A stretch of DNA of 64,000 nucleotides from a virus, in IMG/VR virus record IMGVR_UViG_3300025425_001694; one strand, 5' to 3'. Below, piece by piece: positions 18,585 to 27,331 of this stretch (positions within the stretch are counted from its first letter, which is position 1; each line of letters starts with the position of its first letter). The notes under the pieces were generated by a model. The model ran no database searches, was not told the origin of the DNA, and saw only the letters and a list, made by a program, of their open reading frames with translations. The translations under genes and the position numbers were made by a program.

Positions 18585-20423
18585 ATGATGGCAAACGAAG
18601 AATTTAAGATACTAACAGCAAGAGATCACGTACGTACCCGCATTGGTATGTACATGGGATCCGCTTCGAAAGAAGAAGTTGAACGGTTCGTACTTGGTGA
18701 ATGGAAAAAATCTGTTTACGTACCGGCACTATCAAAAATGATTGACGAAATATTGGATAACTCGATTGATGAGGCAATCCGAACAAATTTCAAATATGCA
18801 AATAAGATCAATGTTTGGGTGGATGGAAACAAAGTAACAGTTTCAGACAACGGCCGCGGAATTCCACAAGAAAACGTATATGACGAAACCTCGAAAACAA
18901 ATATACCTCGCCCAGTAGCGGCCTGGACAAAGGTTAACGCAGGAACTAGCTTCGATGATAACCGTGTTACGATTGGTACAAATGGTGTAGGATCAGCGGC
19001 AACCAATTTCCTATCATCTGCATTCGTCGGTAAAACCTGGCAAAATGGAAACGCCATCGAGGTTAAGTGCAAAACCGGTGCGTTAGATATTAAAGTAAAT
19101 TCTAATACGAAAGCAGGACATGGTACTGAAGTATCCTTTGTTCCTGACTTTTCTTTGTTTGAAGTTGATTCGTTAGAAGAGCTTGATACAATAGCATTAC
19201 TTGAAGATCGTCTAATCAGTCTCCAAATGGCATTTCCTGAAATCGCATTTTCCTTTAATAAGAAAAGAATTCACGTTTCCAATATTAAAAAATATGCTGA
19301 AATGTTTACTACAGAAGAGAACGCATCTGTCATAACTGATGTATCCAATGACCTTTCGTTTTTCTTTGCATCTTCCGAAGATGGTTTCCGTTCAAACAGT
19401 TTTGTGAATGGTGTAAATACTCGACAAGGTGGTGCATATGTTGATTTTATTGTAAACGGCATTGTTGAAGAATTGGGAGTATTAATTAAACGCCGCCATA
19501 AAATCGAAGTTGCTAGGAACACCATTAAAGGTGGACTAACTTTTATTATGTTTGCTCGAAATTTTACAAATCCAAAGTTTGACTCTCAAACTAAAGAACG
19601 CCTTACAAATACTTTTGGTAACGTAAAAGAGCATTACGAAAAATCAGAATCAAAAGACTTTATAAACATAGCAAGAAAAATATTTGCAGCTAACGATATT
19701 GTAGAACCAATTATTGAAGCACAACTTGCTAAGAAATTGGCGGCAGATAAAAGAGCCGCAACTCTTGCTCAGAAAAAGCTACGTAAAGTAAAGGTAGCAA
19801 AACACATTGCTGCAAATTCCTATAATGCAACGCTCAAGATCGTAGAAGGAGACTCAGCTATGGGGTTCCTACTTAAAGTTAGGGATCCTAATAAAGTTGG
19901 AGCTTATCCGCTTCGAGGTGTTATTATGAATACCTGGGATATGAAACCTGCCGATGTTTTAAAAAATAAAGAACTCGGCGAGTTGGTTGCTGTATTGGGA
20001 TTGGATATTAATGATCCTAATAGTGTTGACGATATGTCTTATTCAAATATCGCAACTTTAACTGATGCTGACCATGACGGTATTGGACATATTTCGCCAT
20101 TACTTATTGCATTCTTTTATAAATTCTGGCCGCGCCTTCTAACAGAAAAACGCGTGAACATTACTCGTACTCCTATTATGATTTCAACAAAAGATAAAGA
20201 CGTGAAATGGTTTTACACATACGAGGATGCTAGCAAATTTAAAACAGAACGTGTTGGTTGGAAGCATCGTTATATTAAAGGCCTCGGCAGCCTCAGCGAG
20301 GAAGAATATGATAAGATTATTAATGAACCTGTGTACGATACTGTAACTGTTGATGACGCATCTGTATTTCAAATGATGTTTGGAAAAGAGTCTCAACTTC
20401 GTAAAGAGTATATGTTTGCGTAA
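18585..20423 (+). CDS. gp39: type II topoisomerase large subunit (gp39+gp60 in one ORF)
   Basis: EILDNSIDE, DNGRGIP, GTNGVG, EGDSA, PLRG, DADHDG, YIKGLGS. Confidence 0.95.
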   Translation: MMANEEFKILTARDHVRTRIGMYMGSASKEEVERFVLGEWKKSVYVPALSKMIDEILDNSIDEAIRTNFKYANKINVWVDGNKVTVSDNGRGIPQENVYDETSKTNIPRPVAAWTKVNAGTSFDDNRVTIGTNGVGSAATNFLSSAFVGKTWQNGNAIEVKCKTGALDIKVNSNTKAGHGTEVSFVPDFSLFEVDSLEELDTIALLEDRLISLQMAFPEIAFSFNKKRIHVSNIKKYAEMFTTEENASVITDVSNDLSFFFASSEDGFRSNSFVNGVNTRQGGAYVDFIVNGIVEELGVLIKRRHKIEVARNTIKGGLTFIMFARNFTNPKFDSQTKERLTNTFGNVKEHYEKSESKDFINIARKIFAANDIVEPIIEAQLAKKLAADKRAATLAQKKLRKVKVAKHIAANSYNATLKIVEGDSAMGFLLKVRDPNKVGAYPLRGVIMNTWDMKPADVLKNKELGELVAVLGLDINDPNSVDDMSYSNIATLTDADHDGIGHISPLLIAFFYKFWPRLLTEKRVNITRTPIMISTKDKDVKWFYTYEDASKFKTERVGWKHRYIKGLGSLSEEEYDKIINEPVYDTVTVDDASVFQMMFGKESQLRKEYMFA

Positions 20424-20487
20424 TAATATTATGATTGACATTTGTGTTGTAATGTGTTAGAATAGTATAGAATCAGACGAGGATAAT

Positions 20488-21840
20488 ATGAGTATATTAG
20501 AATTTACTAAAGACGATGACGCGATGAATAATTATCCAATTTCGAAAGTAGCTGCTAACGAATGGCTTAGTTTTGCTATGTATACTGTTGAGTCGCGTGC
20601 CATCCCTAATATGATAGACGGTCTAAAACCAGTCCAAAGGTTTTATCTGTATAGTTCGCTACTTAATTCAAAAAAGGATTTTAAAAAGGTATCAGCTGTT
20701 GCTGGTATCATATCAGACTACGGATATAATCACGGAGAAGCTTCAGCTGCTGGTGCAGGACAACTAATGGCTGCAACATGGAACAATAACGTTTGTCTTA
20801 TTGAAGGTCGAGGGTCCTTTGGTACACGACTTATTCAAGAAGCTGGTGCAGCCCGGTATGTATATACTCGAGTCCATGCAAATTTTAGTAAGTACATCAA
20901 GGATTTGGAATTAGCACCAGTTCATTCTGATCCTGAACACGAACCTCCTGCGTTTTATTTACCAGTTATTCCATTGGTTTTATCGAATGGTACAAAGGGT
21001 ATTGCTACTGGTTTTGCAACAAACATTTTACCTCGAAGTATTGTCTCTCTTTCTCGTGCCTGCGATGAATTCCTTACGAATGGTAATATAGCCGAAAGAC
21101 TTCCAGTGTCATTTCCAGACTTCAATGGTAGTGTAGAATATGATAAAACTGAGGATAAATACACTGTATTTGGTTGCTTTAAAAAGAAGAGCAAAACAGT
21201 ATTAGAAATTACTGAGGTACCATATGGCTTTGACAGAGAAGGCTATATTAAAGTTTTAGATAAGCTTGAAGATGATGGAGATATCGTATCTTACGAGGAT
21301 CTTTGCGATAAAACTGGTTTTAAATTCGAAGTTAAACTAAAACAGACTTCGTCGGCAAACTGGGCAAATTCGAAAGTTATTCAGAAGTTTAAGTTAAGTA
21401 AGCCACTTACTGAAAACCTAACTGTTATTGATTATGATGGCAAGCTGCGTGAATATAAAGATGAACGCGAGCTAATTAAAGATTTTTGCAATTATCGCCT
21501 TATGATCATGAAGAGCAGAATCGAGCTAAAGAAAAAAGAAGCATCTGAACTTGCTCGTTGGCTAAAAGTAAAAATGCAATTCATTCAAGCTGTCATTGAT
21601 AATAAAATTGAATTTAAAAATAAAAAGAAAAAGCAAGTAGGAGAACAAATATTGTCTCATACTGATGCAAATGGTAATAGCGATATTGATCGCCTTCTCC
21701 GTGTTAACATCATGAGTCTTACTCAGGAAATGGTTGCTGAATTGAAAAAAGAAATTAAACAAGGGCAGCAAGAGTTTAAATACTGGAAAGAAACTACAGC
21801 TGAAGTTCAATTTAAAAATGACTTAGCTGAGATTTCGTAA
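20488..21840 (+). CDS. gp52: type II topoisomerase medium subunit
   Basis: RAIPNMIDGLKPVQR, YNHGEAS, AARY catalytic Tyr. Confidence 0.95.
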   Translation: MSILEFTKDDDAMNNYPISKVAANEWLSFAMYTVESRAIPNMIDGLKPVQRFYLYSSLLNSKKDFKKVSAVAGIISDYGYNHGEASAAGAGQLMAATWNNNVCLIEGRGSFGTRLIQEAGAARYVYTRVHANFSKYIKDLELAPVHSDPEHEPPAFYLPVIPLVLSNGTKGIATGFATNILPRSIVSLSRACDEFLTNGNIAERLPVSFPDFNGSVEYDKTEDKYTVFGCFKKKSKTVLEITEVPYGFDREGYIKVLDKLEDDGDIVSYEDLCDKTGFKFEVKLKQTSSANWANSKVIQKFKLSKPLTENLTVIDYDGKLREYKDERELIKDFCNYRLMIMKSRIELKKKEASELARWLKVKMQFIQAVIDNKIEFKNKKKKQVGEQILSHTDANGNSDIDRLLRVNIMSLTQEMVAELKKEIKQGQQEFKYWKETTAEVQFKNDLAEIS

Positions 21841-22298
21841 TGTTTTATGTAAGCTATGATAAACCAAAAACGATTTCAAATAAACTGTTAGATAACGCTG
21901 TTTCCTTTGCTGCTAACTTTTTAGAAATAGATGGCGAAATTGAATTATATTTCGACGGCGAATTTAATGAAGGATGTTGCGGTTATTGCGAATATGATCT
22001 AGAGGATGAAGAGCTGACGGTATATATTAATCCAAAACACGATAGGCACGATATCATCACTACATTCTTTCATGAAATGGTTCATGCTAAACAATATTTA
22101 AAAGGCGAATTAGAATCTGGAATTGGAAAACAGTTATCAAAATGGAAAGGAAAAGAGTATGACGTACCGTACTTCGAATCTCCTTGGGAACAGGAAGCAT
22201 ATGAATTAGAGAAAGTAATGTTTGATATTTTTAACACCATGAAAGGATATACTTATGGCTTGGCCAGCAAAAAACAGACCACGCAAAGGGCGGCGTAA
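21840..22298 (+). CDS. zincin-like metallopeptidase
   Basis: HEMVHAKQY...PWEQEAY. Confidence 0.75.
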   Translation: MFYVSYDKPKTISNKLLDNAVSFAANFLEIDGEIELYFDGEFNEGCCGYCEYDLEDEELTVYINPKHDRHDIITTFFHEMVHAKQYLKGELESGIGKQLSKWKGKEYDVPYFESPWEQEAYELEKVMFDIFNTMKGYTYGLASKKQTTQRAA

Positions 22299-22354
22299 AA
22301 TCGGATCTTCAAAAAGCAAAAAGAAAATCGAGGAATCAACGTAAGAAAAAAATA

Positions 22355-22729
22355 ATGAATATTATTATAGAATTGAATAACGAATATATTCAATTAGCTA
22401 AAAGGTTTGTGAAGTTCTTGTGCAAGGAACTTTGTATTCTTCCCCGCAATATTTTAATAGCAAACTGCGACGTTAATGGTAGCAATGGAATGTGTATAGA
22501 TGAAAGCAATGGAAGCTATATGATTCTTGTGAAGCAAACTGATCGTAATGTTGGAGAAATATTTACTACAATTGCCCACGAAATGATACATGTAAAACAA
22601 TACATGACCCAGGATTTGGGTACTCTTTTAGATGAATACAAGACTGTTCCATACTTAGACAGATGGTGGGAACAAGAAGCCTTCGACAATTCGGTTTCTT
22701 TTGTTGAAAAATTTTCAAAACAAGTGTAA
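22355..22729 (+). CDS. zincin-like metallopeptidase (paralog)
   Basis: HEMIHVKQY...WWEQEAF. Confidence 0.75.
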   Translation: MNIIIELNNEYIQLAKRFVKFLCKELCILPRNILIANCDVNGSNGMCIDESNGSYMILVKQTDRNVGEIFTTIAHEMIHVKQYMTQDLGTLLDEYKTVPYLDRWWEQEAFDNSVSFVEKFSKQV

Positions 22730-22776
22730 TTAACTATTGACATTCTCTTTAGAATCAGATAGATTGTATATATCAA

Positions 22777-22995
22777 ATGGAAAAGGAAAATGCCATGAAT
22801 ATGATTAACGGAACAGACAACGCAAAAATTGCATACGGTATGCGCGAAATGGCTCGTACTCACAAGAACGATCTTATTTCTGTTAACTTGGCGAGAGTTG
22901 CAGGAAAAGTAGCAGGAAAAGGTGCAGCCTGGGCTGGTTCTCCTATGACTGAAATTGACAATACAATTGTTAAATACTATTTGGATAATAAATAA
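22777..22995 (+). CDS. hypothetical early protein
   Basis: ORF right after the promoter repeat; AAGGA RBS. Confidence 0.55.
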   Translation: MEKENAMNMINGTDNAKIAYGMREMARTHKNDLISVNLARVAGKVAGKGAAWAGSPMTEIDNTIVKYYLDNK

Positions 22996-22999
22996 TACC

Positions 23000-23263
23000 A
23001 TGGAAAATATGGAAAATTTCGTAGGCCTAATCATAGTGTTAGCATTAGTAGGCACCGTTTTTGGAATTGTGTTTGGCGTAATCGCATCGTTTATAAAAAT
23101 AGGAATGCAGCTAGCTCCAATTATCGTAGGAGCTGTTTTAATTCTTTTGTATTACGAATCAGGCACAACAGATTTTAACATTGACGGCCATCTTAGTACA
23201 ACCACAAACATAATTACAGACATTATGAAAAATCAAAATATAACTATCCCAGGATCCGAATAA
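23000..23263 (+). CDS. hypothetical membrane protein
   Basis: two hydrophobic helices; start approximate (MENMEN). Confidence 0.5.
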   Translation: MENMENFVGLIIVLALVGTVFGIVFGVIASFIKIGMQLAPIIVGAVLILLYYESGTTDFNIDGHLSTTTNIITDIMKNQNITIPGSE

Positions 23264-23264
23264 T

Positions 23265-23420
23265 ATGAAAACGAATGCAACACCACCAAAACACCCAGTT
23301 GAATTCTCAACATATGAAGCGTATGTTAAGAGCCGTATTCAACCAACTGGTCTACAACTTCAAGTAATACCTGAAACATTATATGATGCTTTGAGAGATA
23401 AAAAACAAAAAGAAGAGTAA
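23265..23420 (+). CDS. small hypothetical protein (51 aa)
   Basis: hand translation MKTNATPPKHPVEFSTYEAYVKSRIQ... Confidence 0.45.
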   Translation: MKTNATPPKHPVEFSTYEAYVKSRIQPTGLQLQVIPETLYDALRDKKQKEE

Positions 23421-23487
23421 TTAACTATTGACATTCTGTTTAGAATCAGTTATATTAGTACTGTAAAGAGAATCAATGGAGAATAAA

Positions 23488-23637
23488 ATGAAAAATACTA
23501 CAACGATGTTTCAAGACGTTTCAAAAGATATCATAGATAACGAATTTCCTATTGAGCAAGAATTTGATGGTATGTTTTGCGCTGAATTTTCAAATCCAAT
23601 TGTAGATTTAGATTTCGAAACTGAAATTAACTATTGA
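23488..23637 (+). CDS. small acidic hypothetical protein (49 aa)
   Basis: GGAG RBS; lies between two promoter repeats and ends INY* inside the next repeat. Confidence 0.5.
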   Translation: MKNTTTMFQDVSKDIIDNEFPIEQEFDGMFCAEFSNPIVDLDFETEINY

Positions 23638-23688
23638 CATTCTGTTTAGAATCAGATAGATTGATAATATAAACAGAAAGGCTACAAA

Positions 23689-23886
23689 ATGCAAATGATC
23701 ACATTCACACAAACAATCGCCAATCAAATCCCTACAGGCCTTGAGCGTTATGACCAAATCTTTGCTGCTAAGGAATTGATTTTGAAATCAGACTCACCTT
23801 GCCTAGCTACATGCAGAGAGACTCTAGAAGAAATCGAAGAAATCATCTTCCAACGAGAAATTAAATTGTCTTTTAAAGGAAATTAA
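23689..23886 (+). CDS. hypothetical early protein
   Basis: 65-aa ORF between promoter repeats. Confidence 0.55.
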   Translation: MQMITFTQTIANQIPTGLERYDQIFAAKELILKSDSPCLATCRETLEEIEEIIFQREIKLSFKGN

Positions 23887-23944
23887 CTATTGACATTCTG
23901 TTTAGAATCAGTTATATTAATAGTATAAAGAGAATCAAACAAAG

Positions 23945-24067
23945 GACTCTTTTCTGATTATATAGTACGAGCAAAGAAACGTAACAGGTAGGTATGCCCA
24001 TGGAGCAGAACCCGTAAAATCCTGGTGAGGGACTAAGTTAAGACCACTATGTAATCAGCAAAGAGTC
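23945..24067 (+). ncRNA. candidate structured ncRNA 1
   Basis: 22-bp closing stem (1 mismatch, 1 G-U) right after a promoter; GC-richer interior; no ORF. Confidence 0.55.
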
Positions 24068-24077
24068 TAAGACAAGG

Positions 24078-24333
24078 AAGACTATTTTAACCAGCGTCCG
24101 TGTGGAGGGTACCGGACCCGCAAGCACTTGGATTAGATCCAACAAACAATAGCTGTATGGGTAAACGTAGATCGCGTTTTACTAGTAGCCCATCAGAGTA
24201 TTTGCGCTTCACCGCGTGCTACTATGCTAGAGTAGTTGGATCCAATTAGTTTCAATCAAACTAGAGCGCCCTCGCTACGCGTACGCAGGCGCGGGGAGAT
24301 TGGAGATACTAGGGCGTTGGTTAAAGTAGTTTT
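24078..24333 (+). ncRNA. candidate structured ncRNA 2 (~256 nt)
   Basis: fully paired 22-bp closing stem with 4 G-U pairs; internal GATCCAAC/GTTGGATC helix; abuts tRNA-Trp. Confidence 0.65.
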
Positions 24334-24335
24334 AT

Positions 24336-24409
24336 GAGGGTGAAGTGTTATGGTAGCACGTGGGATTCCAAATCCTTAAGCGAGGGTTCGACTCCTTCCA
24401 CCCTTGCCA
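24336..24409 (+). tRNA. tRNA-Trp(CCA)
   Basis: cloverleaf; anticodon loop TTCCAAA; GGTTCGACTCC; encoded CCA. Confidence 0.88.
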
Positions 24410-24428
24410 ATATAAAGGATTATTATGA

Positions 24429-24617
24429 ATGTTTAAACTGTTTCGTTCTACTGAGTTTAAAGCTGACGATGTTGATTGGGAATTAGATGTACATCCGATT
24501 CTGCCAGTAGTTGATATAAATCATAAGGAATTGACTCTAAGCGAATCTTATGAAGTAATTCTAGATCGTCTTAATAAAATTGAAGAAAAAATTGACAAGA
24601 TCTTAAAAGACAAATAG
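24429..24617 (+). CDS. hypothetical protein
   Basis: 62-aa ORF with AAGGA RBS between tRNAs. Confidence 0.5.
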   Translation: MFKLFRSTEFKADDVDWELDVHPILPVVDINHKELTLSESYEVILDRLNKIEEKIDKILKDK

Positions 24618-24624
24618 CAATAAT

Positions 24625-24702
24625 CTCTCGGTGGGAAAGTCTGGTTAATCCGCTTGGTTTGGGACCAAGAAACCGCTGGTTCGAATCCAGCTCGAGAGAC
24701 CA
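24625..24702 (+). tRNA. tRNA-Pro(TGG)
   Basis: CTTGG-TTTGGGA-CCAAG anticodon arm; CCA end. Confidence 0.9.
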
Positions 24703-24772
24703 AATATAGATTGACATATTACATAATGTATGTTATAATAGTAATATAAGCGGATTAAAAATAAATTTTGAT

Positions 24773-24849
24773 GGTCTCTTAGTTCAGCTGGATAGAACAA
24801 CGGATTTCTAATCCGTAGGTCGTAGGTTCGAGTCCTACAGAGATCACCA
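24773..24849 (+). tRNA. tRNA-Arg(TCT)
   Basis: ACGGA-TTTCTAA-TCCGT; CCA end. Confidence 0.92.
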
Positions 24850-24888
24850 TAAGTTATTTTAAGTATAATAATTAGAAATAATATTCGT

Positions 24889-24965
24889 GGGCCTTTAGCA
24901 TAATTGGTTAATGCACAGTGCTCATAACACTGCCGATTGGGGTTCAAGTCCCTAAGGGCCTACCA
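24889..24965 (+). tRNA. tRNA(CAT), probably Ile2 (lysidine) rather than Met
   Basis: CAGTG-CTCATAA-CACTG; acceptor GGGCCTT with C4:G69 and C5:G68; no initiator features. Confidence 0.8.
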
Positions 24966-24975
24966 ATATTATTTC

Positions 24976-25047
24976 GCGGGTATCGTATAGTGGTTATTAC
25001 GGTAGGTTTCCAACCTTTAGACAGGAGTTCGATTCTCCTTACCCGCT
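24976..25047 (+). tRNA. tRNA-Gly(TCC), CCA not encoded
   Basis: GCGGGTA/TACCCGC acceptor; loop TTTCCAA; U73. Confidence 0.85.
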
Positions 25048-25238
25048 CGTAAGATCTACTTTAGACAGACTGTTTAAAGAACCAAACATCGAAAAAGGGT
25101 TTGTAGTAGAGAATGGCAGACCAGAAACCCCGAAACACCCAAAGCCGAAAGGTGAGTACGCTGTTAGGTCATTCACATTAATAAGGAGTTGCAACGATGT
25201 GGGTTTAAACCTTTGTTGCGAATTATAAGGAAGAAACA

Positions 25239-25766
25239 ATGATTAAGATTATGCAATTCATAATGCCACTGTTGCTCTTAGTGGCATTATCCGCACCTGC
25301 GAGTGCGAGCTCGCAGGAAGAGAAAGAAATATGCACTGATGCTATTACAATAAACGGAATATGTTGGCGAATGTCGATGCCTCAGATGATGCAAGAGTTG
25401 GAACAGCGGTATTTTACATGTAGACCAAATAATTTTAATGGTTTTCAATGCTCTGGAAATTCATCAATGGTTTTAGCAATTGAAAAGCAAGTTTTCTTTT
25501 CTTGTGAACAGCTTAATGTATGTGATATTGAATTTACTGACTTAGCACGTGTCATGGCAAACCATGCTATGGCAGAGATGAGTTACAAAAATACCGCTTT
25601 CGGAGGCAAGTTTTGTGGAATGGGCGGCATGGGGGATACTGTCTGCGTTTTTGCATGGAATGATGGGATAAGAGCATGGAACAATAGTACACGGCCTTTC
25701 TTTAAAAAAAATATCGTTATGATTGGGAGGGGTGCCATAGCGTCTGGTGGCATCAGTTTGAATTAA
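25239..25766 (+). CDS. secreted Cys-rich hypothetical protein
   Basis: signal peptide (ALSAPASA) and 8 Cys; inserted among tRNAs. Confidence 0.65.
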   Translation: MIKIMQFIMPLLLLVALSAPASASSQEEKEICTDAITINGICWRMSMPQMMQELEQRYFTCRPNNFNGFQCSGNSSMVLAIEKQVFFSCEQLNVCDIEFTDLARVMANHAMAEMSYKNTAFGGKFCGMGGMGDTVCVFAWNDGIRAWNNSTRPFFKKNIVMIGRGAIASGGISLN

Positions 25767-25783
25767 TACAGAATAAAGTTACG

Positions 25784-25866
25784 GCCCTCATGGCGGAATG
25801 GTAGACGCTGCGCACTTAAAATGCGTTTCCTTGTGAGTCCTGGTTCGAGTCCGGGTGAGGGCACCA
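25784..25866 (+). tRNA. tRNA-Leu(TAA)
   Basis: GCGCA-CTTAAAA-TGCGT; variable arm; CCA end. Confidence 0.9.
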
Positions 25867-26189
25867 AATCAAATAAAGATAAAAAATAAATAAGTATATC
25901 ACTGCAGGTTTGCTAATTAATCAGAGTTATTTCAGGCGTCATAACAGATTTCTTTGAGGTTCAATTCCTCGGGTGATACTATTTTAAATAAGCTGTATTA
26001 GGAAACTGTAGTGAGAATTTATCAGTATAAAAATAAACATATTTTGGTAGATGAAAATGATAAAATAATTTTATCTTCTACTGATAAATCAATTCTGACA
26101 AGAACATTAAACAATATACTTAACAAACAAAAAAAATTATAATGCTTTTTCTTATAAATAATAATGTAATTGCATAGAGGAGAAATATC

Positions 26190-26633
26190 ATGGAATTAGA
26201 AAACTTAATTGAAAAGATGAAGGTTGTATTGGCATCAGCCTTTTCTTTGTATTTAAAATCTCATAATTATCACTGGAATGTAACTGGTTCGAATTTTAAA
26301 GCTGATCACGATTTCTTTGGCGAATATTATGAAAATGTTTTTGGTTCTATTGATGAATATGCTGAACGCATTCGCGCATTAAAATCCTTTACACCAGGAT
26401 CTTTACAAAGGTTTTCAGAGCTTAGTGTAATTTCAGATGAATTATCAATTCCTTCTTCTAAGTTCATGTTTGTCCGCCTTGCGCAGGATAACGAAAGATT
26501 TATTGCAGAACTTAAAGAAGCGCATAACATGGCTAGTCAACTTGGACAGCCAGGAATTGCTAGCTTCTTAGAAGACCGTGTTGACTTCCATGAAAAAATG
26601 CAATGGATGTTAGATTCACACGCTGATATTTAA
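26190..26633 (+). CDS. dps: Dps-family mini-ferritin
   Basis: KSHNYHWNVTG.NF...H, DEYAERIRAL, HEKMQWML. Confidence 0.9.
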   Translation: MELENLIEKMKVVLASAFSLYLKSHNYHWNVTGSNFKADHDFFGEYYENVFGSIDEYAERIRALKSFTPGSLQRFSELSVISDELSIPSSKFMFVRLAQDNERFIAELKEAHNMASQLGQPGIASFLEDRVDFHEKMQWMLDSHADI

Positions 26634-26645
26634 ATACGGTTTGCT

Positions 26646-26864
26646 ATGTCAGAAGAAGAATGGAAACTCATTTTAGAAATAATTAAAGAGCTTGAAGATA
26701 AAGATGGCTTTGTAACATTTCCAATTACTGGCGAGTTTAGTGATGATTATAAATTTTACACTGATGATATAATGAAAATGATAGCTGAAGAATTAGATAG
26801 TATACTTGTTGATGATACTACAATGGCAGAACACATGCTAAACAAAATAGGAATCAAAACTTAA
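26646..26864 (+). CDS. hypothetical protein
   Basis: 72-aa ORF in operon. Confidence 0.5.
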   Translation: MSEEEWKLILEIIKELEDKDGFVTFPITGEFSDDYKFYTDDIMKMIAEELDSILVDDTTMAEHMLNKIGIKT

Positions 26865-26900
26865 CTTTATATTTAATATTAAACTTTAAAGAGGTACGAT

Positions 26901-27092
26901 ATGTTGCAAACAGAAATTAAACCCGATGAAGATGTAATAATTGAAAAGCCAAAAACACGAGCTAGACGAATTAAGAAATCTGTAGCTGCTCGTATTAGGC
27001 GTAAAGTAGTGAAACAGATTAAGCGGTTCCATTTTGCAAAAGAAGAAAAAGAAGCACAGAGTAAACTAGAAAAACAAAAGAATACCAATTAA
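26901..27092 (+). CDS. basic hypothetical protein
   Basis: GAGG RBS; Arg/Lys-rich. Confidence 0.5.
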   Translation: MLQTEIKPDEDVIIEKPKTRARRIKKSVAARIRRKVVKQIKRFHFAKEEKEAQSKLEKQKNTN

Positions 27093-27331
27093 TGTTTACT
27101 AACGAAATTGAGTTTGACGAATCAATTATAACAGTCCTTGATGATAGCGGATTGTATGAAGATATAAAAGTTTTTTTAGATGATCAAGAAGTTTATATCC
27201 AACAATATAATAACAAAAAAGAAAAAATAGAATTTGTTGTAATGTCAGCAAAAATGTTTTACGAGTTAATGGAAGCGATGAAAAAGCCGACAGGCGCATA
27301 TATTTCTAATAGGAAAATTGACGGTGTTTGA
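27092..27331 (+). CDS. conserved phage hypothetical protein
   Basis: coupled TAATG start; MFTNEIEFDES..TVLDD. Confidence 0.55.
   Translation: MFTNEIEFDESIITVLDDSGLYEDIKVFLDDQEVYIQQYNNKKEKIEFVVMSAKMFYELMEAMKKPTGAYISNRKIDGV

Larger units (their letters stand above)
22728..23918 (+). repeat. four near-identical early promoter repeats (22728, 23419, 23625, 23881)
   Basis: AATTAACTATTGACATTCT(G/C)TTTAGAATCAG(T/A)TA(T/G)ATT, each with a 17-bp spacer. Confidence 0.9.

Noticed and set aside
18585-20423. gp60-type translational bypass or split topoisomerase
   Set aside because: ATPase and TOPRIM regions are in one continuous ORF
22728-23918. CRISPR array
   Set aside because: Repeats are sigma70 promoters at irregular 200-700 bp spacing with ORFs between them; no cas genes
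24078-24333. RNase P RNA
   Set aside because: The conserved GAGGAAAGUCC P4 element was not found
24645-25239. Minus-strand ORFs over the tRNA cluster
   Set aside because: Antisense to clear tRNA genes
25893-25980. Seventh tRNA
   Set aside because: Has a T-arm (GAGG-TTCAATT-CCTC) and a partial acceptor stem, but no canonical D or anticodon arm and no CCA; at most a decayed tRNA
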